A stretch of 64,000 nucleotides of DNA from Candidatus Eremiobacteria bacterium (GCA_963737065.1 CAVTRC010000001.1:1760001-1824000); one strand, 5' to 3'. Counted from the stretch's first letter, positions 49,383 to 60,237 are shown. Program-made: numbers and translations. The notes: generated from the sequence alone by a model not told the origin.

Positions 49383-50884
49383 CAGATATAATCCTTTTCT
49401 CGCGGCCAGAGCTGCGCTAGGGGTTCTTTTATGCCGCGGCAGAGCATGATCGGGATGTGCGTTTCGTAGCTCACGGTATACGGCGCATCGAACACCGCTG
49501 CACGTCGCGATCGCGCAAACAGATGCGCGCTCGCGCCACAATCGCCATTGACATCGATCACGACGTTCCCGGAATACCCGTGTGTTCCCCACAGCCAGTA
49601 CTGATTGTGGCCGCTCACGACCGGGACGTTCGCAAAAAATTGAATCGCAGCCGCTTCGCCGTAATTCGATGCGACGACGACCGCCTGCGTACGCTCGGCC
49701 ACCGGCAGGCCGTCATAGATTCTTTTTACGGTTGAGGCCATCTCCGGCCAGCCGTGCATGTCGGCCCAATCAGCGGGAAGCGCTTCATCCTCACGGTGGT
49801 GTTCCGTAGCGGTGACGTTCTTCGAGAGGTGAAGCGTCGTGAGGACGCGTTGTTGATACGCGAGAAATGTCCGTTCCGGAAGCATCGGAAGAGCGAACGG
49901 AACGAAAACGGGTCCGAGTACGAGCGCGTATGCGAGCACCAAATAGCGCGCAAGCGTCGTGCGAGACGTCCACGATTCAATCGCAACCGCGCCGGCCGCG
50001 ATCAGGATGGAGTACACGGCGGCGGGATAATAGTGCTTGCCATGCGTGACCATCATCTCAGCGATGAGGATGATGTACCCGTAGCCGAGAAACCGGTATG
50101 CGCTCGAGCGCAGCAGCGAGAACAATCCGATGACCCACACGGGAAAAAGAAAGAGATTTGTGATGAGAATCTCTTGCACGATATAGAGCGCCGGCCCGGC
50201 CGCAATGTTTTTGCCGCTGGCGCCGTTGCGAAGTAATTCGATCATCGGGAACCCGTAGTGCGCTTGCCATAGGACGTTCGGCAAGGCGATGAGCGCCATG
50301 AGCGCGATGCCGGCGCCAAACCAGCCGTTCCGCAAAATACGCCGTTCCGGCGTGAGAAGTACGCCGGCGACGAGCGCGATGAGGAAGAACACCACGCTAT
50401 ATTTGCTTTCGAGCGTGATGCCGGCGACCGCACCCGCGGCGAGCCACACGCGTCGATCGGCGCCCTTCACCAAACGCACGAGCAAATACGCGAGCAGCGG
50501 CCACGTAAAGAGATTTACTTCATCCGTCCCGACCTTCATACCGAACGACATCAGCACACCGCAGAACAGGAACACGAGCCCGCCGAGCACTTGAGCGAAC
50601 ACTCCACCGCCGAACTCGGCAACGAGCAGACATGTGGTGTATGCGCCTGCCGCGGCAAAGAGCGCCGGTATGATGCGCAGCAGCCACAATGAATGTCCGA
50701 ACAGTTGCGTCGCAGCGGCCATGAGCGGAACGAGCGGCGGCTGATCGACGTATCCCCACTGCGGATGGAACCCGCAGATGATGAAGTAGAGTTCGTCGCG
50801 GAAGAAGCCGTAATGGGCGTTGCCGAGCGCATGGACGAGGAAAACTATCGCCGCTACAATCCACGGCATCGTGCGAAGGTTCAT
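49382..50884 (-). CDS. GT-C membrane glycosyltransferase (PMT_2/ArnT-like)
   Basis: YGFFRDELYF, GYVDQPPL, many TM helices, NYGEAAA, SGHNQYWLWG. Confidence 0.88.
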   Translation of the reverse strand: MNLRTMPWIVAAIVFLVHALGNAHYGFFRDELYFIICGFHPQWGYVDQPPLVPLMAAATQLFGHSLWLLRIIPALFAAAGAYTTCLLVAEFGGGVFAQVLGGLVFLFCGVLMSFGMKVGTDEVNLFTWPLLAYLLVRLVKGADRRVWLAAGAVAGITLESKYSVVFFLIALVAGVLLTPERRILRNGWFGAGIALMALIALPNVLWQAHYGFPMIELLRNGASGKNIAAGPALYIVQEILITNLFLFPVWVIGLFSLLRSSAYRFLGYGYIILIAEMMVTHGKHYYPAAVYSILIAAGAVAIESWTSRTTLARYLVLAYALVLGPVFVPFALPMLPERTFLAYQQRVLTTLHLSKNVTATEHHREDEALPADWADMHGWPEMASTVKRIYDGLPVAERTQAVVVASNYGEAAAIQFFANVPVVSGHNQYWLWGTHGYSGNVVIDVNGDCGASAHLFARSRRAAVFDAPYTVSYETHIPIMLCRGIKEPLAQLWPREKDYI

Positions 50885-50894
50885 CGTCTCTCCC

Positions 50895-51647
50895 CTACTT
50901 CAGCAGATCCGGGCGCTTTGCGGCATAGCGGCGGCTCCACGCGATTTCAGTGCCGTCGCGCATTTTGATTTTGTAATCACCGTGAAACCACGGATGGATT
51001 TCGGCGATCTCGTCGATGTTGACGACGTGCGATCGATGCACGCGCGCGAACTGTGCGGGATCAAGGCGCGTTTCGATGGATTCGAGCGTCGCGCGTAGCG
51101 CATGCGTTGCGCGCGCGGTGTGCACGATCACATTATTGCCATCCGATTCGAGGCGCTCGATCTCGCGCGTCGCGACGAAGAATGACCGGCCCTCATTCGG
51201 AATTAGCAGGCGACGGATGTACTGTTCCTCATTGCGGATGCGCGCTAGCGTTGCCGCGAGTGTTTCGCCGTCGGGGCGCGTCTCGACCGAACGCCGCGCG
51301 CGCTCCAGTGCTTGTTCGAACCGGTTCCTATCGTAAGGTTTGAGCAGATAGTCCAGTGCGCTTACCTCGAATGCTTTGACGGCATAGCGGTCGTAGGCGG
51401 TGACAAAGACGATCGCCGGCGGCTCGTCGGCTCGCACGAGGGCTTGCGCAACACCCAGTCCGTCGAGATCGGGCATGTGAATGTCGAGGAAGACCAGGCG
51501 CGGCTTCATCATCGCGATGAGATCAAGCGCGTCGATGCCGTTCGATGCTTCCGCCACGATGCTCACGTCATCGTGCTCGCCGAGAAAGCGCGCCAGCTTC
51601 CGGCGCGCCGGCGCCTCGTCATCGGCAATCATCACGGGAATCGTCAC
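50895..51647 (-). CDS. LytTR family response regulator
   Basis: DDE, FLDIHMP, FVTAY, DYLLKP, FARVHRSHVVN. Confidence 0.93.
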   Translation of the reverse strand: MTIPVMIADDEAPARRKLARFLGEHDDVSIVAEASNGIDALDLIAMMKPRLVFLDIHMPDLDGLGVAQALVRADEPPAIVFVTAYDRYAVKAFEVSALDYLLKPYDRNRFEQALERARRSVETRPDGETLAATLARIRNEEQYIRRLLIPNEGRSFFVATREIERLESDGNNVIVHTARATHALRATLESIETRLDPAQFARVHRSHVVNIDEIAEIHPWFHGDYKIKMRDGTEIAWSRRYAAKRPDLLK

Positions 51648-52717
51648 GCGTCGGTCCCTTCGACATACGGAAGCGTCAGCGTCGCAAGCGTTCCACCGTC
51701 GTCGCGCGCCGCAATCACGAACGACGCCCCGGCGCCGTACATGTAGTCCAGTCGAGAGATCGTATTATTCAGCCCGATGCCGTTTGCGACGCCTTCATTG
51801 TATCCGATACCGTCGTCCGCGACGCGAATGACGGTTGATCCGTTCTGTCGTGCGACGTCGATGTCCAAGTCGATCGACGAGCGCGCCGACCCCATACCAT
51901 GGCGGATGCTGTTTTCGAGGAGCGGCTGCAGCAGCATGAATGGGACGAGCGCTTTGTGCGCTGAATCGTCCACGCGAACGTCGAGCAGCAAGTTGCGCTC
52001 GAGTCTCGTCTTCATAATGTCGACGTACATGCGCTCGATGCGGAGCTCTTCATCGACTGTCACGGACTGCACGCCGCTCGACGCCAGGACCAAGCGCATG
52101 AACTCGCTCACCTGCGTCAACATCTGGTCCGCTTTGCCGACGTCTTCATACATGACGGACGAGATTGCGTTCAACGTGTTGAAGAGAAAGTGCGGCTGAA
52201 GCTGCAGCCGGAGATTCTCCAGCTTTGCTTCCGACAGTTTTCCTTCGAGCTCCGCCTCTTTCACGGCCGCTTTGCGCGCATCCGCAAGGTTCACGAACAA
52301 GGCGATCAGTCCGAGCATGAGCGCATAATCGAAGAGATCGCCTGCCCCTTCCATGGGATACCGGTAGAGCATGTTGCCATAGCTATATGCGCCGAGGCCG
52401 AGCACCCAGTAGACGGCGATCCGCGACGTCCACATCAGCGTTGTGTGGAGGATCGAATAGATCACGGCCCCGGCGATGTTTCCCGCAATCGCTCTGATCC
52501 AATTTTCGCCGAAGCAAAACCGCCGGTAAAACCAGAAGATCAGCGGGAGCAACGCCATCGCGCAGTAGGTTCCGGTGAACTCTTCGATGATACGTCGCGT
52601 GAGGGTCCCGTGATACCCGCGTGCGAGATCGTCAAGGTAGTAATGGAGGCTGTTGAGGATTCCGAGCGCGGTGAATCCAAGCAAAATCAGGAGCCACGTT
52701 CGACGCGACAGCTTCAT
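51644..52717 (-). CDS. LytS/AlgZ-type sensor histidine kinase
   Basis: N-terminal TM helices, QLQPHFLFNTLN, LQPLLENSIRHG, DDGIG, GIGLNN. Confidence 0.93.
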   Translation of the reverse strand: MKLSRRTWLLILLGFTALGILNSLHYYLDDLARGYHGTLTRRIIEEFTGTYCAMALLPLIFWFYRRFCFGENWIRAIAGNIAGAVIYSILHTTLMWTSRIAVYWVLGLGAYSYGNMLYRYPMEGAGDLFDYALMLGLIALFVNLADARKAAVKEAELEGKLSEAKLENLRLQLQPHFLFNTLNAISSVMYEDVGKADQMLTQVSEFMRLVLASSGVQSVTVDEELRIERMYVDIMKTRLERNLLLDVRVDDSAHKALVPFMLLQPLLENSIRHGMGSARSSIDLDIDVARQNGSTVIRVADDGIGYNEGVANGIGLNNTISRLDYMYGAGASFVIAARDDGGTLATLTLPYVEGTDA

Positions 52718-52800
52718 AAGAAGGTTGTACAACCCCGGCGCGTGCCTCGGCAATCGCCGCGTGACGAGCGGGACACGACCGCCGTGAGGCGGCAGCCGCG

Positions 52801-54270
52801 TTACTTCGGGTCGAACGCGCCGGTGAGAATCATCTGCTCCGAAAGCTCGCGCGCCGCTTTGTATTCCGGCCCGACTTTCTCGAGCTCTTCATCGAAGATC
52901 GCCGAAAGGGAAGCCGGCGTATAGGGGCCCGGATAACGCATGCGTTGTGCGATCATCAGCCGGTAGATGCGGTCGGTCGCGAGGTCTTCCATGTAGCCGT
53001 CGACCAGACTCGCGCCTTCACCCGCGAGCACTCCGTGACGATAGCGAATGACCGTACGAACTGCGGCTCGCGTGCCCTCGATGGATGTCATGCCGATGCC
53101 CTTCGGCGAAGGACGCAGATCCGGCTGCAGCGTCGGCAAATCCGGACGTTTGTCGAGTTGATTCGGGTACGGAAATTGCGCGACCGCAATGGCGTTTTGA
53201 TCCGGGTGCCCGGTCCACGCGCCGTCCATCAAGCACGCCGCTTCGTTGTTCTTGTCGCGTTCCAACACGCTGAGCGCGCGTTCGTTGAGCTGCGCATCGT
53301 CGCGGCTCGGATACAGCGCGGTCATGCCGCCGATAGCGAGCGCGCCATGTTTGTGCGTGACCTCCGGCAAGAGCGTACGCAGGTTTTGGAAGAACGGCAC
53401 GTCGGTCGGAATCGTGTTGCGATCGGGAAAAAGCCAGTTCGGATCGTTCAAGTTGAAGTGAATCAAACTTGCCATGTAATCCCAGCGCCCGAGGTTCAGC
53501 CCGACGATGTAGTCACGGAGATTGAAGAGGAACTCTTCGGTTTGGAACGCGAGCGGATGCGATTCGACGAGCGCCATCGCCTTGATCGTACCGGCGTTCC
53601 ATCCCTTCGCTGCGATGATGTCGTCGAAGAGTGCTTTCCACCACAACGCTTCTTCGGCTGACTCCGACTTCGGAATATAGATGCAGAGCGGGTGCTTGAG
53701 CCGGTTGTAGTCGAGACGAAATGCGAGTAGCGCGACGTCGAAGAGCGACGCGCTCGTAAGTTCTTCTTCGATGACGCCCGCTTGGGAAAGATGTAACCCG
53801 CGCACCCGGTTCCATATAACGGTATTGCCCGGTTTGATTCCGACCGTTGTGCCGCGTTTGGCGTCGTCGTACGTCAGTTCGCCGTACAGCGCGTTCACGA
53901 GGTTCTCGTGACCCAGCATCAAGTGGTCCCACGTGTTTACGATGGAATCCTCGAGATCGAGCATCACACCGGGAGCGCCCGAATTGAGCATCTTCACGAC
54001 AAGCGCGGCGTCATCTGCCGGGCCCGTCATTTGATTGCGTTGATCGCGGCACCACTCGGGCAACTCGATATGCCAATCGGTCGTCGTTGCTTCGGATGGC
54101 GGGAGGTACGTCGGCAGCCGGCCCGCATGCGCGCGCGCGAGCTGAGCGGCTCGCGCGTGCGCGAGACGTTGTTGCGACGGCGTGTATCGCCGGTGCAACG
54201 GGAGATAAAATTCCGCAAACCCCTTCGGCAGATCGCGTTGCAGCGTGAATTCCGCTGGAGCGACGTTCAT
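52801..54270 (-). CDS. aceB: Malate synthase
   Basis: MTGP, LNSGA, DLED, RVRG, YIPK, GLNLGRWDY, AIGGM, DGAW, MEDLAT. Confidence 0.92.
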   Translation of the reverse strand: MNVAPAEFTLQRDLPKGFAEFYLPLHRRYTPSQQRLAHARAAQLARAHAGRLPTYLPPSEATTTDWHIELPEWCRDQRNQMTGPADDAALVVKMLNSGAPGVMLDLEDSIVNTWDHLMLGHENLVNALYGELTYDDAKRGTTVGIKPGNTVIWNRVRGLHLSQAGVIEEELTSASLFDVALLAFRLDYNRLKHPLCIYIPKSESAEEALWWKALFDDIIAAKGWNAGTIKAMALVESHPLAFQTEEFLFNLRDYIVGLNLGRWDYMASLIHFNLNDPNWLFPDRNTIPTDVPFFQNLRTLLPEVTHKHGALAIGGMTALYPSRDDAQLNERALSVLERDKNNEAACLMDGAWTGHPDQNAIAVAQFPYPNQLDKRPDLPTLQPDLRPSPKGIGMTSIEGTRAAVRTVIRYRHGVLAGEGASLVDGYMEDLATDRIYRLMIAQRMRYPGPYTPASLSAIFDEELEKVGPEYKAARELSEQMILTGAFDPK

Positions 54271-54271
54271 C

Positions 54272-55582
54272 TTAGACGGATGCTACCTCTTTCGCCTTAC
54301 CGTTTCCGTAGAATTGCTCGGTTTCCGTTGATCCGTGTAGCGCGGTCGTCGACGACTGCCCTTCGCTGATCACCTGGGCCACTTCATCGAAGTATCCCGT
54401 GCCGACCTCGCGCTGGTGACGCGTCGCCGTGTAGCCGAATTCTTCGGCGGCGAATTCCGCTTGCTGGAATTCCGCGTACGCCGACATCCCGCGCGCTTTG
54501 AACTCGCGCGCGAGTTCGAAGAAGCTGAAGTTCAGCGCGTGGAAGCCGGCTAGCGTGATGAACTGGAACTTGTATCCCATCGCGTTGAGCTGCTCGCGGA
54601 ACGTCGCGATCGATCGATCGTCGAGTTTCTTCTTCCAATTGAAGGACGGCGAGCAGTTGTACGCGAGCAGTTTGCCGGGGTACGTTGCATGAATCGCCGC
54701 GGCAAACTTGCGCGCTTCTTCGATATTCGGTTCCGACGTTTCCATCCACAGCAGATCCGCATACGGCGCGTACGCGAGGCCGCGCGCAATGCACGCGTCG
54801 ATGCCCTGTTTGGTACGAAAAAATCCCTCCTGCGTGCGCTCGCCGCTGATGAATTGCCGATCGACCGGATCGACGTCGCTCGTGACGAGCGTCGCTGCGT
54901 TTGCATCGGTGCGCGCGATGATGATCGTCGGAACGTTCATCGCATCCGCGGCCAGACGTGCCGCGATCAGATGACGCACCGCTTGTTGCGTCGGAATCAG
55001 CACTTTGCCGCCGAGATGGCCGCACTTTTTTTCCGAGCTCAATTGATCTTCTAAATGCACGCCCGCTGCGCCGGCCTCGATCATTGCTTTCGTCAATTCG
55101 AACACGTTGAGCGGGCCGCCGAACCCGGCTTCCGCGTCGGCAACGATCGGGAGGTAGTTCTCGGCGCCCCCGCGCCCTTCAACCGATTCAACCTGATCGA
55201 GGCGCGCGAACGCGTTATTGATGCGCTTGACCATTTGCGGAACGCTGTTGACCGGATAGAGGCTTTGATCCGGATAAACCTGGCCCGCGACGTTTGCATC
55301 GGCGGCGACTTGCCAGCCGCTGCAGTAGATGGCCTTCAGCCCGGCTTTCACGGCTTGGACCGCCTGTCCGCCCGTCAGCGTCCCGAGCGCGGCCGTCGCG
55401 TCCGGCTCTTGCAGCAGCTGCCACAGTCGTTCCGCTCCGAGCCGCGCCAACGTCTGCTCCACGACGACACTGCCTTGCAGCTTGACCACGTCCGCAGCGG
55501 TGTAACGGCGTTCGACGCCTCTCCACCGTGGATCGCTGCTCCATTGTTTGGTCAGGCCGACTGCGCGCTCGTTCGTACTCAC
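54272..55582 (-). CDS. aceA: Isocitrate lyase
   Basis: [46 protein letters not shown] then GTG. Confidence 0.97.
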   Translation of the reverse strand: MSTNERAVGLTKQWSSDPRWRGVERRYTAADVVKLQGSVVVEQTLARLGAERLWQLLQEPDATAALGTLTGGQAVQAVKAGLKAIYCSGWQVAADANVAGQVYPDQSLYPVNSVPQMVKRINNAFARLDQVESVEGRGGAENYLPIVADAEAGFGGPLNVFELTKAMIEAGAAGVHLEDQLSSEKKCGHLGGKVLIPTQQAVRHLIAARLAADAMNVPTIIIARTDANAATLVTSDVDPVDRQFISGERTQEGFFRTKQGIDACIARGLAYAPYADLLWMETSEPNIEEARKFAAAIHATYPGKLLAYNCSPSFNWKKKLDDRSIATFREQLNAMGYKFQFITLAGFHALNFSFFELAREFKARGMSAYAEFQQAEFAAEEFGYTATRHQREVGTGYFDEVAQVISEGQSSTTALHGSTETEQFYGNGKAKEVASV

Positions 55583-55610
55583 GTGATTCCCCTCCGACGT
55601 AACAGCAGAA

Positions 55611-55674
55611 TTGGACTGGGAAGTCCGCATATTGGACCGACTCAATTGGATGGTGGACGGTAGAATGTTGGACT
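55611..55674. promoter_or_regulatory. TGGAC repeat array in the aceAB promoter
   Basis: TGGAC at 55612, 55633, 55654 and 55669; TGGAT at 55647; inverted GGACT-GGGA-AGTCC at 55613-55626. Confidence 0.6.
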
Positions 55675-56099
55675 GCTATACCCTTATACAAAAGCCCACA
55701 AACTCACGTCAACCGTTCGGTACATCTTGATCCTCGGCGGCGGGCATTTCCGGCTCGCCACATTGTCGATGCGCGCGAACACGCCGCGGTCCGCGACGAC
55801 AAACGGCGATCGCCGAACAGCGGACGCTGGGAAACGCGGCGCTACGCCTGCGTCTCGACTCTGCAGTGTCTATGCCGATCGATCCGCCGTGCGGTATGAC
55901 GGCAATACCTTCCGATCCGGCGGACCGCTTCATGTATTTGCGATAGCGTCCGTTGCGCGGCGGCGTAGTCGAATCGCGCACGTTGTTGCCTTCGCTAACG
56001 CATGCCGACGTTTATCGATACGCTCTTACGTAATGCGCCGCACGCCGCGCCGGTCTCACGCTGCGTGCGGCAAGCAACTCGATTGTCGACCGTTCACCC

Positions 56100-56324
56100 G
56101 TGCGAACCGCTCGTGGCTGAAAGAGAGCGAAAAAGACGGCGCACACGGAAAGGATCCCGCTCACGACGGATTCGGCTATGTGACGTACGACACCAAGAAA
56201 CACCAATATGGGACATGGGCGGAACTGCGCTGGCGAATGACTACGGAACAAAATAACGACACACAGCACGTGGACTGAGAAGGGCAAGCAGTTGAGCAGT
56301 CACGGTGCCTGTACGAAGCAGTAA
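56100..56324 (+). pseudogene. Eroded remnant of a DUF1579-like secreted-protein gene
   Basis: Fragments NRSWLKESEKDG...GFGYVTYDTKKHQY and, in another frame, TWTEKGKQLSSHGACTKQ-stop. The ending resembles ECTKV of 7477-7953. Confidence 0.4.
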
Positions 56325-56342
56325 AATTCCCGTAAGAGCGAA

Positions 56343-56372
56343 GGCCCGGATCGCAGGATGCGGGCCGTTTTT
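56343..56372 (+). terminator. Intrinsic terminator between convergent units
   Basis: GGCCCG(G)ATC-GCAG-GAT(G)CGGGCC followed by GTTTTT. Confidence 0.6.
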
Positions 56373-56940
56373 ATTGTGTGGGCTTCTCTGGAATCCAATC
56401 CTCGTTGATCAGACCGACGAGGATTGAATCGTGCCAGCCGCCGTCAATGAAGAGATAGTAGCGCGCGTAACCTTCGAACGCGAAACCGAGCTTGCGTAAC
56501 ACCCGTCCGCTCGCGATGTTGTCCGGGAAATATCCGGTCGAAAGGCGATGAAGTCGTAATCCCTCGAAGGCGAAACGAACGACGGCGCGCGCTGCTTCCG
56601 TCGCGATGCCGCGGCCCTGGTGCTCGGCGTTGACCGAGTACGCGAGAATCGCATCTTGTCGCGGCCCCCGCACGATATGCGTCACATGCACGAGTGCGAC
56701 GATCTCGTGGCCGTCTCGTTCGAAGACCGCAAACGTGAACGCTTTGTCGCCTGCCGCGAACGCTTCGGCGTTCTCGATTTCCTCGCGAACCGCGCGGAGG
56801 GTATAGGAATCATCGGTTCGCGCGGGTTCGTACGGTTTCAAATGCTCGCGGTTGCGCAGGTGGTACGCGAGTAGCTTATCAACGTGGGCCGCCTTGAGCG
56901 GCTCCAAACGAAACCGCTCGGTTAACAACGTGTGTGTCAC
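56371..56940 (-). CDS. GNAT acetyltransferase, RimJ-like
   Basis: RNREHLKPYEP, HQGRGIATEA, LHRL, NIASGRVLRKLGF, YLFIDGGW. Confidence 0.9.
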   Translation of the reverse strand: MTHTLLTERFRLEPLKAAHVDKLLAYHLRNREHLKPYEPARTDDSYTLRAVREEIENAEAFAAGDKAFTFAVFERDGHEIVALVHVTHIVRGPRQDAILAYSVNAEHQGRGIATEAARAVVRFAFEGLRLHRLSTGYFPDNIASGRVLRKLGFAFEGYARYYLFIDGGWHDSILVGLINEDWIPEKPTQ

Positions 56941-56943
56941 ATA

Positions 56944-59900
56944 TTACGTCAGTGTCGGGAGCGACAACGACGGGCGCGTCGTCAGATCCGGCTGTAGCTC
57001 GGTCGTGTGCTCGAATGCGCGATCCATCAGCCGCAATGCGAAATCAAGTTGCGGATCGCGTCCCTCGCGATAATCTTGCGGCGCGAAATCGACGTCGTAA
57101 TCCGGGTCGGTGCCATAATTCTCCACGGCCCAGCCGACGTCGGAGAACCAAAACGAATACTCCGGTTGCGTCGTGAGCGTGCCGTCTACCAGATGATGGT
57201 ATGGTTCGATGCCGATAACGCCGCCCCACGTGCGTTTACCGACGAGCGGCCCGAGTTTGTAGAGTTTGAAACAGTGGCTGAAGATGTCGCCGTCCGAGCC
57301 CGCAAACTGATTCGTGATCGCGATCATCGGGCCGCCGACGGACTCGGGCGGATACGGTACGGCTGCGCCGTAGCGCGGTACGTCATACCCGACGCGTTTG
57401 CGTGCGAGTTTCTCGAGTAAGAGGGGCGAAACGTGTCCGCCGCGATTGTACCGGACGTCGACGACCAAACCGCGACGGTTGAACTCGCTCAGGTACCCGC
57501 GATGAAACTCCGCGAACCCCGAGGGCCCCATGTCGGGAATGTGCACGTAGCCGACACGCCCACCGGTTTTTTCATGCACGTAGCGACGATTCGCGTCCAC
57601 CCATGCGCGATAGCGCAGAGGGGCCTCCGATGCGAGCGCTTTGATGAGTACCGTTCGCTCTTCGTCTTTGCGGGTGCGAATGGTAATCGAGACGTCCTTA
57701 CGCGCCGAATTGACGAGCAAACGATCCGGCATGACCGCTTGCGTTAAACGGCGCCCCCCTATTGCAACGATTACGTCGCCTTCGTGAATATCGAGACCGG
57801 GCTCGGCAAGCGGTGAATCCGTATCGCGATTCCACGAGTCGCCGCGATAGATGCGCGCAATCCGATAGCCCTTGCGTTCGATGTCCCACGCGAGTTCGGC
57901 ACCGAGAAAACCACGTTGATACTGCGGGGGCAAGCGATGATCGCCGCCATATTCGTAGGCATGCGATGTCCCGAGTTCGCCTTGCATCTCCCAAATCAGA
58001 TCCGAGAGTTCCGTGCGCGTCCGCACGCGCGGAAGCACGGCTTTGTAGCGGTCGTAGACGCGGTCCCAATCGATGTCGCTCATGTCCTCGACCCAAAACT
58101 GCTCGGTCTGCAGGCGCCATGCTTCGCGATACATTTGGGCCCACTCATCGCGCGGCACGATCTCCACGCTCGCGCGGTCGAGATCGAGCCATCCGCTCTT
58201 GCGTCCGGGCTCATTGGCCGGTTTCTCGGGCTCTTCGTCGGGCAGATCGTTCGTTGCATCGATTGCACGCAAACGCTCCTGCGACCGGTAGATCAGCGTG
58301 TGTCCGTCGGCGCCGATGCGGAACTCGTGCACGTCGTTCGCGATGGGTGCTTGACGCAGTTGTTCAAAGTCGTACGCGTACAGCGTCCCGAGCGCTTCTT
58401 CGTCTTCGTCGTCACGCCCGGCCGGTTTGATTCCTTGCACGGGAAAGCGCGTATAGAAGACGCGCCCTTTAATCGCTCCGATTTGTTCGTACTCGCCTTC
58501 CTCGACCGGAAACCCGAGCACGCGACCTTGAATGCCGTCGAAGTCGATGTCGATGCGAACGTCGTTGGGTTTTCCGTTTCTCTTCTCGTTTTCGTCGTCG
58601 TGTTCGTGATTGCGATGCACGGGTCGCGGCTGCGGAACAAACGGTGACGGGACGTCGCTTCGCAGCGTTACGACGAACGGACGTTGCGCTTGCGGAAAGC
58701 TCAGATCGAACTGCAGAGCATCGTAGACGGGATTAAAATCGCGCGTCGATATGAAGTAGAGGTACTTGCCTTCCGGATCCCACGCCGGCGAATGGTCGAT
58801 CCGTAACGGCGACGTGACGTCATGGACCTTCCCGGATTTGACTTTCGCGACGCGAACGATCGATGTTCCGTACACCGGCCACCAGGAATAGGCGATGTAG
58901 CGTCCGTCCGGTGAAAACGCCAATCCCGTGACACGCCGCGCGGGGCTCGTATCGATGACGCGTACGTTGCCGTCGAGATCGAGCACGCAGAGTTCGTGCC
59001 GGTGATTCGCAAAGGCAATCGTGTCGCTCGTGGGCGAAACGGCGAGCTCCGTTACGCGGCCGATGTCGCCATCGGTCAATAGCTTCGGCTCATCGGCGAC
59101 GTCGGCGCGATGCAACGCGATTTGTTCGTATCCGTTGCAATCGGTGACGCAGACGAAACGCTTTCCGTCTTTGAGCCATTGGGCTAGGCGGACGCGCACG
59201 CGGCTGCCGCACCCGTGTTGGATGACGGCACCTTCAAAGAGCGGCATCGTGAACGCCTCACCGCGCGACACGAATGCGACGCGCGTGCCGTCGGGATGCG
59301 GCGCGAAATGCTCGAGCGATTCGGACGCGGCTTCGAAGCGGCGAACCGTTTGCGGTTCAGCGGACGGCGTTTCGATCGGCACTTCGCGCACGCTATCACT
59401 CGCGATGTCGAGCAAATGAATTGCGCCGGCGGCACCATAGACGATGCGCGTTCCGTCGGTCGAGGGAAAACGCGCGTAGTACTCGGCTTCCTGCGAGTGC
59501 CGGGTAATCTCCGACCCGTCCGTCCGGCACGAATAGATGTTGCCGATGCCTTCATGGTCGTCGAGAAAAAAAATCCGTTCGCCGATCCACATCGGCCATG
59601 TCGGGTTGCCGGGAAGCGCGAGGCGCTCGAACTCGCGGTCCGCGTGCGCTTCGACCCAAATCTCGCCCGTGGTTCCGCCGCGATAGCGTTTCCATCGTGC
59701 CGGATCGACGGCATTGCGTCCGAGCACCATCGCGCCCGTCGGTCCGAACGAGAAGCTGCGCGCGTGCCCGACGTTGAGTTCGCGCGGTTCTCCACCGTCG
59801 CGTCCAATGGAAAAGGGCCACGTCTCGCCTTCGAACCACGCGCGCGCGTTGGCCGCAAAATAGATTTCCGATGCGTCGGCGCTCCAGCCCATTACGTGCG

Positions 59901-60165
59901 CGACGCTCGATCCCAGGAACGTCAAGCGGCACGGCTGCCCTCCCATCGCCGGCATGACGTAAACTTCCGGGTTCCCGTCGTCGTTCGAGACGAACGCAAT
60001 CCACGCGCCGTCGGCCGAAAGCCGCGGCGAGCTGCAGGCCCCGAAGCTAACCGTCAGGCGCGCCGCGGTACCGCCTGAAACGGGCACCGACCAGAGGTCG
60101 TCCTCGCATACGAAGACGATCCGATCGCCCGCGATCGTCGGATAGCGGTAGTAGCCTTGGGTCAT
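56944..60165 (-). CDS. Tricorn protease homolog (S41)
   Basis: EDDLW, WKRYRGG, beta-propellers, GELGTSH, PDZ, GYVHIPDM, AGSDGD, GKRTWGG. Confidence 0.95.
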   Translation of the reverse strand: MTQGYYRYPTIAGDRIVFVCEDDLWSVPVSGGTAARLTVSFGACSSPRLSADGAWIAFVSNDDGNPEVYVMPAMGGQPCRLTFLGSSVAHVMGWSADASEIYFAANARAWFEGETWPFSIGRDGGEPRELNVGHARSFSFGPTGAMVLGRNAVDPARWKRYRGGTTGEIWVEAHADREFERLALPGNPTWPMWIGERIFFLDDHEGIGNIYSCRTDGSEITRHSQEAEYYARFPSTDGTRIVYGAAGAIHLLDIASDSVREVPIETPSAEPQTVRRFEAASESLEHFAPHPDGTRVAFVSRGEAFTMPLFEGAVIQHGCGSRVRVRLAQWLKDGKRFVCVTDCNGYEQIALHRADVADEPKLLTDGDIGRVTELAVSPTSDTIAFANHRHELCVLDLDGNVRVIDTSPARRVTGLAFSPDGRYIAYSWWPVYGTSIVRVAKVKSGKVHDVTSPLRIDHSPAWDPEGKYLYFISTRDFNPVYDALQFDLSFPQAQRPFVVTLRSDVPSPFVPQPRPVHRNHEHDDENEKRNGKPNDVRIDIDFDGIQGRVLGFPVEEGEYEQIGAIKGRVFYTRFPVQGIKPAGRDDEDEEALGTLYAYDFEQLRQAPIANDVHEFRIGADGHTLIYRSQERLRAIDATNDLPDEEPEKPANEPGRKSGWLDLDRASVEIVPRDEWAQMYREAWRLQTEQFWVEDMSDIDWDRVYDRYKAVLPRVRTRTELSDLIWEMQGELGTSHAYEYGGDHRLPPQYQRGFLGAELAWDIERKGYRIARIYRGDSWNRDTDSPLAEPGLDIHEGDVIVAIGGRRLTQAVMPDRLLVNSARKDVSITIRTRKDEERTVLIKALASEAPLRYRAWVDANRRYVHEKTGGRVGYVHIPDMGPSGFAEFHRGYLSEFNRRGLVVDVRYNRGGHVSPLLLEKLARKRVGYDVPRYGAAVPYPPESVGGPMIAITNQFAGSDGDIFSHCFKLYKLGPLVGKRTWGGVIGIEPYHHLVDGTLTTQPEYSFWFSDVGWAVENYGTDPDYDVDFAPQDYREGRDPQLDFALRLMDRAFEHTTELQPDLTTRPSLSLPTLT

Positions 60166-60237
60166 GACCAGCAGGGGTTACGACTTGTCCGACGGGTCTC
60201 TTGCACGCAGTAATTACTTTGTGTTACAAAGTGAGGC

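Noticed and set aside
55709..55981. 90-aa minus-strand ORF upstream of aceA as a regulator or GGDEF remnant
   Set aside because: No convincing motif or start context in any frame.
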